A DNA stretch of 64,000 nucleotides from Antedon mediterranea (GCF_964355755.1 NC_092674.1:28210001-28274000), one strand, 5' to 3'. Positions 13,501-25,639 are shown, counted from the stretch's first letter. The notes: a model not told the origin generated them from the sequence alone. Program-made: numbers and translations.

Positions 13501-16500
13501 GCCGTATTTGGTAGCGCGGTTATTGATGTGTATGTGACGTTACATCCGGTCATTACAGCTTGTTTCGCTGTACCCCGAGTATTGCACATTCGTGCTTGTT
13601 TAAAATCATCAACGTTGTTGCAAAGGTTTAAATTTTATATATTCAACACTAGAAATGATACCCGGAGCTACCCTTTAAAATGCAATTTAATAAATTCACC
13701 ACAACTTGGTATACAGTACATTTATTCCATAATTCAAATTTTGCATTTACACTTTGAATTTTAAACTTGTTATGTTATTGTTACATACGTTATACAAACA
13801 GTAGGCTAATTCCTGATAGTATAAAATGTTATTTATCATAATAAGTAGTGCTCTAGTTGACCCCTTGTCCCTGGCTAGTTTCCAATAAATATACATGAAG
13901 CTAGAACCTGAATACTGTCTGTACATTTATTTGACATTGTTTTTACAAATTCATGAAAACACAAACAGTATTGGAATTATACAATAAAAACCATCTTGAA
14001 TCAAGAATGATTTAAACATACGACTATGAGGTAGGATGACATGGGCCAGCCTACTGTGCCATAACTCACCTCTTTCTGTACAGTCTGAAGGATGATCACA
14101 TTTTTAATCAAGTCGTCTTCTAGTATGTCAATCTAAGAAATGAATTCATAATTAATATAGAGTAAACACTGATAATGTGACCTTTGGATACTGTACAAGA
14201 TAAACAGGATAAGTAGCATTTATTACATTAACTAATTCTTTACACGTCAGGGATCATCTAATTCGAACGCTCTGCAACCTGTGATGTAAGAAAAATGGCC
14301 AAACACTCACACAGCATTAGGTCGCTACGAATAAATTGGTCTAAAAAATGTTTTGCCAAAAATTGCTTTTGTAACATAGCATAAAGGAGAATTAAAGGGT
14401 GCCTCGAACCCAAACGGTATGAGTATTGATCATGTGGTTTAGAAAGAGATCGAGAACAAAGTTTCCGGGTACTGCTATTACAGTAGTATTATAATCTTAA
14501 AATATGGCAGAAGTCAAACATCATTATACTTTGGGACAGACTGTACAGTATGTGGGGACACTAAGACAGAGGCAATGTACTGTATTCATAATATGGCCAG
14601 GGACTATATTACTGGGAAAATGTGTTCGGTCCTGGAGATGTCCCCTTAATAGGTGTTAAACTATATATCTATATCAAGTATATCAATTATTTTATGGTGA
14701 AAACTAGAAAATAGTTAGGCGATTATAGCCATTGTGATAATTCTTTATTCTAATCATTGGTGCATAATCAAATCCTATACATGCAATAATAATCTGATAA
14801 TACCTGGACTGGAGGGTATCAACCAAATCAGCAATAAATCAATGTAGGGGTCAAAGAAGGTCAATTCACACATATGCTTTCATATTTAATACAATCAATA
14901 CAGAACATAGCTTGCTTCATTCAAAGTAAACAAGAGGTACCTTGGTTTCCATTTGGTACTTTACATGTGCGGACAATGATTGGCTGATTTACTGCATGCT
15001 TAAATATTATTGAAAATCAGATACTACAGTGAAAAATACTAGGTCTTATACTGACATCATACTATTTATGGTGTTTGGTTTTTTAAGGGAATTTCCGTAG
15101 TAAATTGATCATGAGGAAGGGTATTGAAAACAACTTAATTATCTGAAAGAGGAGGAGGTGGAGGACAGCTCACAGATAGTTTGCCATCATTTTTAATTTC
15201 AGAATAATTTCTTAAATGTAAGTCTTTATCTCTTTAAAATGCAATATTATAAAGTATTTTTGGATTATACATTGTCATAGGACAAATTAATTTAGTTTTC
15301 ATCTTTTTTTATTGAATTTTTCTGATATGATCAATTGAGCATATCTAACGGCAACTTATACAAAATACTAGAAGTTGATTTTATCCAGATCACAAATTTA
15401 ATTTGACCAATTTCAAACGCGACCAACGAACAGGTTAAAAACCATTGAAGAAAGTTTAATAACCAGTGCATTCGGAGTAGTAAATTTATTTTTATCTATA
15501 TTCATTTATTTACAGAAAACTGTTTCGTATTGTGGTCTATTTTCCAACACTGTGAACATTTTCGTAAATCGGAAAAAAAAAAAAATTGATTTAAAATTGA
15601 CATAAAAAACTTGTAAATGTAAAGATTTTTTTTAGAAATAAAGATTTTTTAGAAATAAATTTTTCCCCGCACTATGAATAGAACAATCTATACCAATTGA
15701 ATTTGCTAAAAAATAATGTAATGCCATTAAACATACAGTACTAGTCGTACACACTCAGGAGTAAAACTGTGCTGCTATATGCACATAACAAGAATATTAA
15801 GACATCGCTACAGGTACGTTCATTTTAACATCACATCAACAAAATTACATTTTCCAGGGAAGCATACCATACTGGCTAAAGCAGATAGCTATTATAGGTA
15901 AAATAATATTATATGGTATAATATTATACGGTATAACATGAGATAAGATTATCAATTATCAGTTTGTATTAGTGTGCATGTAGAATAATGTGATGAGTAA
16001 AATTCAAGTGAAATACTAATTCTCTCTTTGCATTATGAAATTGACTTTACTGTGTATGTTTAAAAAATCAATTATAATCTTGAATACATTACAATTGGTT
16101 AGAATTAAATGTGTGTTGATTCATTTTCATATATTAAAATAAAAAGTATTCAAATTTTACACATAAAATAATAATAATGGCCATGAAACATGGTATTCGA
16201 TCAGCACAAATAAATTAAATTTTGTGGCCAAAATTGGCGTTATAACATAGTCGAACGCTAAAAGGGTAATTAAAGGGTGCCCCCAACCCAAACAGTAGTA
16301 TTGGTTATGCGGTTTAGTAGCAAGACAACAACGTTTTTAATTTGAATTTAGATGTGTGATTTTTTTTTAATTTGCTAAATAGCTAATAACCAAACAGACT
16401 AGAGATAGATCAGTATATACTACTTTAGTATGCTGAACAACAATGTGATAGAGTAAAATGCATGGAAAATACTTGATATATATTGATTAATAATGTAATG

Positions 16501-19500
16501 TTTAAAAAATCAACTCTAAAATCTTATACAACATTCTACTACAACTTACTATAATTAAATGTTTGTTGATTAATTTTGCATACAACTATGCAGTCAGGAT
16601 TCAAAGATTAATAAAATGGCGTTTCTTTTCTACTAGTATATATAATAAAATATAATTAAATAATATTTTTTATATTTAATTTTTTTTTGCAGACAATATA
16701 CAGAATGGAATCGAATGTCTTATCTTTAGTCGGCTTTTGCTTGATGGTAATGATGGCTGCATCCCAAATATGCACCGAAAGTGAGACAGCGCCCTCGTGT
16801 ACAGGAGGAACTACAAGTTGTATTTGTGAATTTGCAACCTGCATACCGAAAACGAATCCATGTCCTGATCAACAAAACTTAACCCTACCGGTACCAATGT
16901 TTGGTATTATACCATCATACGCGTTTGAAAGTTACAAATCGTTAAGATATTTGGAGATAAGCAGTGGTATTGTGAACACTGTAAGCAACAAAGCGTTTTG
17001 GGGCTTGAGCAACTTAATAGCACTGAACTTACGAGATAATTTAATGACTGGTTTTACTAATGCTACCTTTGAAGGACTTGAATCATTGAGGCAACTCGAC
17101 CTGTCTGGAAATGTTATTAGTGATTTTGATGACGGCTCGTTTAGCAGTATGAAAAACATCAGAGTTCTAAAACTTGAAAGGAACATAGCAACTACTGTTA
17201 TGAGTAGTACGTTTGCTGGATGTCAAAGGTTAGAATATCTTGACTTGACCAGCAATACCATCAGTCACATTGAAGGCGGAGCTTTCAACGAGCTTCAGAA
17301 CCTCAAGGAACTACATCTGGGTGACAACTACCTTACTACAAGCATTAACCCAACAGTCTTTAGTGGGCTGACCTCACTTAAATACCTGATGCTAAATGGA
17401 AACTTTCTCCAGGGAATTCATCCAGGATCATTTAACTCATTGGTGAATATCCGTGGAATTGATTTATCGCAAAACCAAATATCCATAATCCCAATGACGA
17501 CTTTCGGGTCTTTGAAAAAACTTGAAACCCTCATTTTGAATTCCAATCAAATTGGAAGTATTTACGAAAAAACCTTTGTAAACTTAACATCACTGACCAC
17601 ATTACATCTGTCATGGAACGAGTTAACATCGTGGTCTTTCCTCGACTTCCCGACGCCATCAAATCTCAAGGACCTATTTTTATCAGGCAATAGAATCTCC
17701 GAGCTCCTAGTGCCAACACACTCGCCCAAACCACGATTCACAAAGTTACAATACTTGGACTTGTCCCGAAATTCACTCTCAACATTTCCGGCGTTCTTCT
17801 TGAACGATGCTCCGATACTTGGTCATTCTGATGGAACAGGTGACACCAGTCATACAAAACTTGATCTCCGTGACAATTTTCTGGATTGTGATTGTGATTA
17901 CAGAGTTCTGAATAGAACATTGGAGCAACTGGCTATGGAGTGTGTTGGTAATTATACAGAGTGCACCAACGCATCAGTCACCTTTCTACCAAGTATGAAT
18001 CGCAATATTTACTATAAAGTATCTGGCAGTCCACTTCCTGTAGTAGAGTGCAAGGACTCCAATGATCAAATAGCGACTGGTATCTATAATGTCTCTGCGC
18101 GAATCACATGGCTTTCTGCAGATACTATGGATGTTGATACTGGTTCGTACACGTGTATGATTTATGAAGACGACAGCAGGAAAGCCGACACGATGGAGAC
18201 GTCTCCGACTGATTCCTCTTCCTATACCTTACCCTCGTTTACCAACATTATTACCTTAACTGCCATTCTGATTTTGACAAAATAACTTTTAGTATCTGCA
18301 TATAGTTTTTTGAAAGTAATAACTGTACTGTGGGATCAAACACTGTTTAGGTTCCGGTCTTTTTAATGGGTTATTCCATTAAAAAAAGTAGGGGCGTGCA
18401 TTGTATCCTTTGGTGTATGATGTATTTGGACATGAAAATAATTTCAAATTTTCGCTTTAAAGTTTTCAACATTGTCATTGTATATTGTAATTTTATGTAT
18501 GATCAAATATTTGGAGTTTTTGCTATTGGCTAAATTCATTAAATAGATCTCTTTCTGTAGAATTTACAGTGACCAGTTTTCGATCGATTTTTATAAAATC
18601 TAAATAAAAATTGTTGTAAACTATTAATTGATTAATTATTGTGACTTTTTTGGTGTAAATATTTAATAAAATAAAGGAATGAATATATTGACATGTCTAA
18701 GCATATTTTCTCGACTAGCGACTACTATATGACAAGTACGTTTGCTGGATGTCAAAGGTTAGAATATCTTGACTTGAGTGTGTGTCACGAAACCTAAGAT
18801 CACAAAACCTAAAGACCTCCTAAAGGCCAATTTACACAGACGAGCGGTAACGGTAAGCGGTAATTGTAAGCGGAAAACCACGTGGCTTTTCCCATTTACA
18901 CAGCGCGCGGAGTTCGCGAACGGAGTGGTGGAAAGTAGGAGCGTGTGGGCCTCGAGGCTAATGCATGTTACAGTCACTGCTGGCCTGGATGTGACTGACT
19001 GTCAGTAGGCCTAGCACACACAGGCCTAAGTTTTAGAGGGAATTGTTGCCTAATAACGTACTAAAATGTGTATTTTCTTTTCACTATCCTTATACGAACA
19101 TTAGTCACATTGTAGGTGTTTGTATTTCTGAATAAAAGGAAGTTGCAAACTAGGCTAGGCCTACTACTCGTAGTTATTGTCATCTTTCACTCGACGGACG
19201 CAAAAAAAAGTTGTTGATAGATGACGTCATTTCAATCATGTCGTTGGTTGACCAGAATCCATAATTACCGCGCGGTATTTTCACAAAATCGAATCTGTTT
19301 CGTTCCTGAGCGGATTTCCGCTCAACCGCTCTGCGTTCTGTGTAAATGGTCATAAGAAATAACATAGATTCTATTTTTGCGTTTTTCGCTCAACTTTACC
19401 GCTTACCGTTACCGCTCGTCTGTGTAAATTGGCCTTTAGACTATGAAACCTAAGACACAAGACCTATTAGATTACAGATTCTAAGATATACGACAGCTTA

Positions 19501-21199
19501 AAACCAATAATTGTTTTAATCTATACATAATTTTAAGCATAAGTTTGTTTGTTGTGAAACAAAAGTATATATTTCCTCAACGGGCGAAAATATTGTGAGG
19601 GTATTTCTTTTTCGAATAATTATTGAATTAAACAGAAATAAACTCACAATATTTTCGCACATTGAGGAAATACAGTATATACCTTTGTTTCACAACAAAC
19701 AAACTTGACAGTTTGTTTGTTGATATAGTTTTATTATTATATACCGTAGTATAGTTATAGTTATATAGTATTATTCATAAATAAAAATTGGTGATTTTAC
19801 AGACATGTTTCTCGCATACTATTCACAAATTTCGCATACTCAATAATGTTCAATATTTTTGTTTCTATGGAGCGCCAAAAGAGCAACAATAATAGAGGGC
19901 TAAAAACTTGGTGAAATGCGTCTAATTTTAATGCATTTATTGATGAAATGCACGTTAAATTTAAATATATTTTGTCAATTTGTCAATAAAAATGCTGTAA
20001 TATGTTACTGCTGATACTTTTCTGTTTACAAAGAATATTATCGATCTTAAAATCAGCATCACTACCTACTCCTAGTCATAAGGGCGACCCGAGGGGATAT
20101 GATTTATCGATTTTATTCTCAAATTTAACGGAACCATGTAAAGTATCAACAGTAACATTTTATTTGTATTGACAGTGACAAAATATATTGAAATTGAACA
20201 TGATTTTCACCAAAAAATGTGTTAAACAGATGGATTCCACAGTTTTTGGCACTCTAATAATGTTGCTCTTTTACCATTAAACGAAAATATTGAACATAGA
20301 GTACGTGTAAAATCTTGTTTATTATTTGTTATTTTATTGATTCTTCTTCATAAAAGTAGTAATTCTAAGGTGTGATATTCAGGATAAAGTTGGTTAACAC
20401 AGTTAAAATACAAGGCAGGTGCGAAAGGGAACTATTGGCAATCTAACGTCTTGGGTTTCGTGATCTTAGCTCATAGGGGGTCTTACTCTTAGTTTTCATG
20501 ATCTTAGGTTTCGTGCCACCCTGTCACCATCAGTCACATTTGAAGGCAGAGCTTTCAACCAGCTTGTAAACTATTAATTAATTGTGACTTTTTTGGTGTA
20601 AATATTTAATAAAATAAAGGAATGAATATATTGACATGTTTAAATACATTTTCTCTTTAGTAAAAATTAAAAATTACCATACAATAACGCAACATTAACA
20701 ATCCTTTTTATATTTATTTTTATCTTTCTATTCTAAAAGTATTTGACTAACAAAACATAATACACAATGTACAAAGATGAAATTGGTCAGGGACTGCTAA
20801 GGTAATACGATTACTGTAACTACAAGAGTCAGCAGTCCCATACTGATCTGATGTACATAATATATGTATATTAATTATTAATATTTTTATAATTATCAAC
20901 AATTTAATAAATTTACATAAACATTAAAAGTACAGTACTAATACAGTACCTAGCCTAGTAGTAACTATACATTTAATTACCTGATGAAGGAGTACATTTG
21001 TATCTGGAAGCAAATAATGCGCAGTTTTCACAAGATCAGAATCTATGCTAGGCCTGGCTTCCAATGTATGCTCATCTTGACTGCAAGAACAACACAGCTT
21101 CGACCCGCACCAAATGTCGTCGCGAAGGTAGTGTTCGCGAACAACTTTTATAACGCCACCTTTACGGGTTTTCTTAACAAAACTTTTAGATTTTAACAT
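1516..21199 (-). CDS. DIS3: Exosome complex exonuclease RRP44/DIS3, 21 exons: 21199-20981, 14132-14070, 12880-12786, 11523-11315, 10236-10148, 9678-9511, 9101-8946, 8777-8652, 8057-7920, 7332-7186, 6648-6532, 6242-6141, 5859-5710, 4754-4627, 4333-4247, 4032-3876, 3488-3268, 3093-2925, 2510-2352, 2047-1925, 1581-1516
   Basis: N-terminus [32 protein letters not shown] with CR3 cysteines; PIN motifs PDTNVLL, NDRAIR, LTND; RNB catalytic [10 protein letters not shown]; [18 protein letters not shown]; basic C-terminus PPKKLKT. GT-AG boundaries at all exons read. Confidence 0.96.
1652..1746. mobile_element. Short MITE family A (TIR aaagctctgtctacactatcaaac); other full or partial copies at ~2280-2332, 2775-2895, 8110-8590, 12975-13100, 48567-48715
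   Basis: aaagctctgtctacactatcaaac ... gtttgatagtgtagacagagctt inverted termini with a shared core tgtgatgtgccca/accatatttggg. Confidence 0.8.
7623..8008 (-). repeat. 4 x ~97-bp tandem repeat made of the 3' part of DIS3 exon 9 plus its splice donor
   Basis: tacttactaaagg recurs at 7623, 7719, 7816 and 7913. The unit encodes (R)[29 protein letters not shown] followed by GTAAGTA on the minus strand. Confidence 0.93.
8181..8535 (+). mobile_element. 5S rRNA-derived SINE (SINE3-like): 5S head 8181-8297, ~200-bp body, A-rich tail
   Basis: tacggctttaccacgttgaaacaccggttctcgtcagatcaccgaagttaagcgacgttgggtctggttagagcttggatgggagaccatctgggaaaaacgggtgctgta is a full-length 5S-like sequence. It has no oligo-T terminator and is followed by an unrelated body and an (aaata)n tail. 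It interrupts a MITE A copy. Confidence 0.85.
9255..9490 (-). mobile_element. Degenerate SINE with Deu/Nin-like core
   Basis: Minus strand shows B-box-like gggttcaaatc, then gtccttccgatgggacgtaaagccgttggtcccgtg, resembling the DeuSINE/Nin conserved domain as recalled from memory. Confidence 0.55.
10455..10530 (+). mobile_element. tRNA-derived SINE head (degenerate)
   Basis: A-box tagtcgagtgg and B-box ggttcaaatccc at tRNA spacing; no convincing acceptor stem. Confidence 0.55.
11655..11900 (-). mobile_element. Old L2-type LINE 3' fragment
   Basis: Minus strand encodes [34 protein letters not shown], homologous to the C-terminus of the 57.6-60.3 kb LINE (APRLWNALP...FKKLLKTHLF), then gcgctttgaga and a (tta)n tail. 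Confidence 0.75.
16705..18285 (+). CDS. Extracellular LRR protein (signal peptide, Cys-rich N-cap, ~12 typical 24-aa LRRs, LRRCT, degenerate Ig-like segment, probable GPI signal), nested antisense in DIS3 intron 1
   Basis: Uninterrupted 526-aa ORF from ATG 16705; hydrophobic N-terminus; LxxLxLxxN repeats; NFLDCDC; DTGSYTC; terminal DSSS...[12 protein letters not shown]. Acceptor tttgcag at 16692, candidate UTR-exon donor near 15218, AATAAA near 18603 and 18666. Confidence 0.92.
   Translation: MESNVLSLVGFCLMVMMAASQICTESETAPSCTGGTTSCICEFATCIPKTNPCPDQQNLTLPVPMFGIIPSYAFESYKSLRYLEISSGIVNTVSNKAFWGLSNLIALNLRDNLMTGFTNATFEGLESLRQLDLSGNVISDFDDGSFSSMKNIRVLKLERNIATTVMSSTFAGCQRLEYLDLTSNTISHIEGGAFNELQNLKELHLGDNYLTTSINPTVFSGLTSLKYLMLNGNFLQGIHPGSFNSLVNIRGIDLSQNQISIIPMTTFGSLKKLETLILNSNQIGSIYEKTFVNLTSLTTLHLSWNELTSWSFLDFPTPSNLKDLFLSGNRISELLVPTHSPKPRFTKLQYLDLSRNSLSTFPAFFLNDAPILGHSDGTGDTSHTKLDLRDNFLDCDCDYRVLNRTLEQLAMECVGNYTECTNASVTFLPSMNRNIYYKVSGSPLPVVECKDSNDQIATGIYNVSARITWLSADTMDVDTGSYTCMIYEDDSRKADTMETSPTDSSSYTLPSFTNIITLTAILILTK
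18779..20523. mobile_element. Non-autonomous TIR element carrying nested MITEs/foldbacks
   Basis: Left gtcacgaaacctaagatcacaaaacctaa versus right ttagttttcatgatcttaggtttcgtgccaccctg; it splits a duplicated LRR fragment. Confidence 0.75.
18821..19438. mobile_element. MITE family B (TIR taaaggccaatttacacagacgagcggtaacggtaagcggtaa); relics at ~4420-4525, 56165-56345, 62895-62927
   Basis: ~43-bp perfect inverted termini ending in TA. Confidence 0.88.
20700..20840 (-). mobile_element. 3' end of a retroposon with stem-loop; second copy at 63181-63305 (+)
   Basis: ~90 bp near-identical in inverted orientation: gggactgctgactc...ttagcagtccctgaccaatttcatctttgtacattgt followed by an A-rich or (atgaa)n tail. 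Confidence 0.7.
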
Positions 21200-21500
21200 G
21201 ATACAATAATCAATCTATTTAATTTACTTGTGAATGTTCTACGTCAAAGTTGATTTAACTCTTAAAATAGCTTTTTTAGGCCATAAAGATGATCTACGGA
21301 AAACAGCAGCTAGCCTAGGCCTAGGAATTGATAACCACATGTTGTTTTTGTACATTAATATAACCCTTGACCTTAGGATCAAAGGTCATAATAAACATGT
21401 GACGGCGTGAGAAAAAAGAAAGAGACGTGCATGTTACGTAACGTCGTGGGAAGAAACTTTGTTTATAAACAAAACCATTGTGTAGTGCATGGAGGTATGT
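21200..21500. promoter_or_regulatory. Putative bidirectional promoter DIS3/NUDT6
   Basis: Divergent start codons 670 bp apart; locally CpG-richer; palindrome gttacgtaac near 21433; candidate NUDT6 5'UTR donor gag|gtatgt at 21494 and acceptor at 21833. Confidence 0.6.
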
Positions 21501-21868
21501 GTAGTGTGTGTATACCTCTGCAATTGTTGTTGCTGATCTGATAATACAGGCCCTAGATAGTAGAGGCATACATGCATGGAGATGGAGGAATTAATTCCGC
21601 CATGGTTAGAAAGGAGACTTATATAATTAGGCCTACCACCAGGCTAGGCTTAGTTTAGTAGGCTAGGTTACTACTAATTTATACTACTACTAGCTATGGT
21701 GGCTCTAGTTAGCAGTTCCCACTCTACACAAGACCATATGATATGACATAGGCCTAGGCCTCTATAAAATAGGGCCATATATAGCTACAGAATTTCATTA
21801 ATTAACATAAGGTGATTTTATATTGTTTTGCAGATCTAAACAATCAGAATTGTTTTTTAATCTATGAG

Positions 21869-24393
21869 ATGCAACATGCCAGGTTATTGAATTTTATAAA
21901 ATTTAAACGCCATTTAAAAAATAATAGGCCTAGTATCATTCATAGAAGAACAACACATGATGGCAAAGATATACTTAAAGGTGATGTTGACAGATTTAAT
22001 GGCATCACCGTCGATGTCTCTAAGCTGGTTACAAGGCAGGTGGAACATCACAATTTTGGTGTCATACTGGCAGGTTTGTTAAGACATAATTTCATATTTA
22101 CACAGACCAATTGGACTTCAGCTTATTAAAAAGTTAGAAAATGAATGCAACCATGCATACTATTATAGAGATGAAAATTCAGTCCAGCCAAGAAATTTTT
22201 TTAAACAAAAAACTGGGCATAACTTTAGATTTGTATAGATTAATTTGAATATGTTTTTAATAACTTTATTTAAATGTATACTGCTATTCAACTAAGAAAT
22301 AATTGTTTTATTTTAAATTAGATTCAATCAAATTGTGGAATAAAGATGAACGTTCTTGTGCCTGGCTAAAAGTACCAATAGAATACAGTCATCTGATCAA
22401 ATCCGCGGCAGAACAGGGCTTCAAGTTACACCATGCCGAGGGCGATTACACCATGTTGACAAAGTGGCTAGGAGCTGGGCCTAGCAAAGTACCAATGTAT
22501 GCTACTCATCAACTTGGTGTTTCAGGTACAGGATTCACTGCTAGGATATATTATAAATTCAGGGGGCAGACCAGCAGTTGAGCTAAAAGAGCGTGCTCCC
22601 TACTTTTGACAGCTGAAATGACCACAACCTCTGAAACAGTGGCATAACACATGCTAATGCTAGAGGCGTTTGTTTTGTTTTTGCTTTTATATATTTAGGC
22701 AAATTGCCAAGGATAACCATAAGCGAATTCATTCACTATCCTTCTTAAAAGTGGCAATCCCGTTCACAAGACAAACATATACAAGATGCTTTACATAAAC
22801 AAAGTCATATGAGAGGACTTGAACCCAGGGCACTTGGATTGGTAGCCAAGCATCATAACTACCAACCCACAAATCAATCCACTGTTGCATTGGGAGTTTT
22901 TAGCCTTTTTCGACATCTTTTAATACCCTTTTTCTCTCAGATTTCTGGCCACTCACTGGGTTTACTCAGTGAGTGGAACTGTGGAATTGAAGACAAGGAA
23001 GCTTACGAAAGTCCATTGTACAAATGTTCCTAATTCTCATACTGTTACGCCACTGCCCTGAAACCCAGATACATTTCAAGGTCTTGATAAGCTTTCTTAT
23101 ATCATTTTAGTTCTGATATGTAAAAGCCAACAACTATTGTGATTTTTAATTTTAGGGTTTGTTTTAAATGAGAGAAAAGAGGAAGTTCTAATGGTACAAG
23201 ACAGGCATAGAGTAAGTCTAGTTTTTTCTATAAAGGTATTCATAATTAATAACAATTCATATTTTGTGTGTTATGTCTTATAAATAACTATTCTTATTTC
23301 AGATTTCAAGGTGGAAGTTTCCAGGTGGCTATGCAAATTTAGGAGAAGATATCTCAGATACTGCTGTCAGGGAAGTGTTTGAAGAAACAAATATACGGAC
23401 AGGTGAATAAAAGCTAATTTACATACATTACTTAACTAAATGTGCATTCACACTGCTAAATGTGCATTCACACTGCTAAATGTGCATTCACACTGCTAAA
23501 TGTGCATTCACACTGCTAAATGTGCATTCACTGTTAAATGTGCATTCACACTACTAAATGTACATTCACTGTTAAATGTGCATTCACACTACTAAATGTA
23601 CATTCACTGTTAAATGTGCATTCACACTACTAAATGTACATTCACTGTTAAATGTGCATTCACACTACTAAATGTACATTCACTGTTAAATGTGCATTCA
23701 CACTACTAAATGTACATTCACTGTTAAATGTGCATTCACACTACTAAATGTACATTCACTGTTAAATGTGCATTCACACTACTAAATGTACATTCACTGT
23801 TAAATGTGCATTCACACTACTAAATGTACATTCACTGTTAAATGTGCATTCACACTACTAAATGTACATTCACTGTTAAATGTGCATTCACACTACTAAA
23901 TGTACATTCACTGTTAAATGTGCATTCACACTACTAAATGAGACATTCACTGTTAAATGTGCATTCACACTACTAAATGAGACATTCACTTTATGATAGG
24001 TTTTGTGTAATTCAAGATATTAATAATAGAAAAGATAAATATTACTATTTTTGTCTTATTGCAGAATTCCAGTCAATCCTCGCATTTCGACAACAACATT
24101 CTCTACCGTACAATTTTGGTCGGTCAGACTTTTACTTTGTTTGTCGCCTAAAACCTTTGACCTTTGATATCAAACCATGTGAATCAGAACTTGTCGATGC
24201 ACAGTGGTTAAAAGTTGATGACCTTCTAGCTTCCAACGATCATACACTTTTGTCAAAGCGTATGGCAGTGCTCGTACAACACGGGTTAAGAAACGGATTT
24301 AGTGACGTAGACATTGCAATGGAACAATTAAATTCAGTTTTTAAGGGTGCAGCTTATAAACTGTTTCACAGAAAATTAACCTCAAGTAGTTAA
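21869..24393 (+). CDS. NUDT6: Nudix hydrolase 6, 5 coding exons: 21869-22073, 22322-22525, 23156-23211, 23303-23402, 24065-24393
   Basis: [32 protein letters not shown], Nudix box [47 protein letters not shown]; basic mitochondrial-type presequence; consistent splice phases. Confidence 0.93.
22637..23055. mobile_element. hAT-like MITE containing a minus-strand tRNA-derived SINE (~22700-22885)
   Basis: cagtggcataac ... gttacgccactg termini; 8-bp flanks ctctgaaa/ccctgaaa; internal minus-strand B-box gggttcaagtcc. Confidence 0.65.
23437..23990. repeat. Minisatellite: 20-bp unit evolving into a 38-bp (20+18) higher-order repeat, NUDT6 intron 4
   Basis: (aaatgtgcattcacactgct)x4, then (aaatgtgcattcacactact aaatgtacattcactgtt)x~12. 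Confidence 0.97.
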
Positions 24394-24409
24394 CAATAAT
24401 AAAGTCTTC

Positions 24410-24557
24410 CAATGAATATATTAATAATTATAGCAATTACAAATATTATATAGACAGTATTCAGGAATAATAACTTACATATCTCAATGAATATATAATT
24501 GTAGCAATTACAAATATTATATAGACAGTATTCAGGAATAATAACTTACATATCTCA
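24410..24557. repeat. Two-copy ~73-bp tandem duplication in the NUDT6 3'UTR
   Basis: tagcaattacaaatattatatagacagtattcaggaataataacttacatatctca occurs twice. Confidence 0.9.
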
Positions 24558-25639
24558 GAATAAAATTTATGAAGAAAAGTATAAAGTGATTTTCTCATTT
24601 TTGATGTTGTATTGCTTGGCTCCCTCTATAAATGGACAGTTTCATCCTAAAGTAAGTCTGAAGTTTTTTGTTTTGTTAAATTTATATAGTCTTATATACC
24701 AATTTAGACTTGCTCCAAGTCTGTATTTATTGTCCTTTTTATGTCATTTCCACACGTCGTCGTTTAAATTTTTGTCTGAAATATAATGTCTGGAGTATCC
24801 GAACTCAAGTAATACACGTATGAAACGCCATATGCGCAAAAATATTTATATTTTTACTAATATTAAGACAAAACTCCGTCTGGAGCCCAGACTAATACCA
24901 ATTAAACTACTTTGACAGTGTTCATGAATAATAATAAAGTTATTCGCTTTTTTTTCAGAATAGCCTAAAATGATTGTACGAATGATTTTTCTATGTGATG
25001 TATTGCGTCCTCTATAGAGATGAACATTATTCTGAAAAATGTGATTTGTTTGTATTCAAATGTGATCTTTATTTTTTTTTGTTTTCCTTCGGGAAGTTAT
25101 AAACATCCACACCTTGTTTATAGTCTTTATATCGTTATTATCTAACGGAGATGGTTAAATTGCCGACGAATTTTGAAGTGTTGACCAGAAAAATACTCTA
25201 CCGTAAACTGGTTATTGAGAAGTTTTTATAGCATAAAAGGTAGGCCTAAGACAAGTCTTGAAATAGTTACACATATTACATGTTTTACTCTTATATCTTG
25301 TAATCAAATATCAATCAAATATGTATATATATATGTATTATGTGGATACGCATATGGATATAGATGTATGTTAGTATTGATATTGTGATTGTATATGTAT
25401 TATACAATTGCGTTCTGTTTATGCATGGAGAAATAAGCTAGATTTCGCCATGGTTTCTACGATACATAATGTTTACTAGAATGTTGTGTACATAACATAC
25501 AAAATAAACTTGAATTATATAACCAAAACTAATAATGTTTGAATGTAATGATCAGTTTAAAGAAGGAAACAACTAAAAATGTAAAATTCTACAGTTATAC
25601 CATTTAACACTCCTCAAAGATAAATATATATATATATAT

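Noticed and set aside
14325-16580. Duplicated blocks upstream of the LRR gene (14325-14445 versus 16205-16320; 15985-16135 versus 16443-16582) as LRR cassettes
   Set aside because: Non-coding AT-rich local duplications with no LRR-coding similarity
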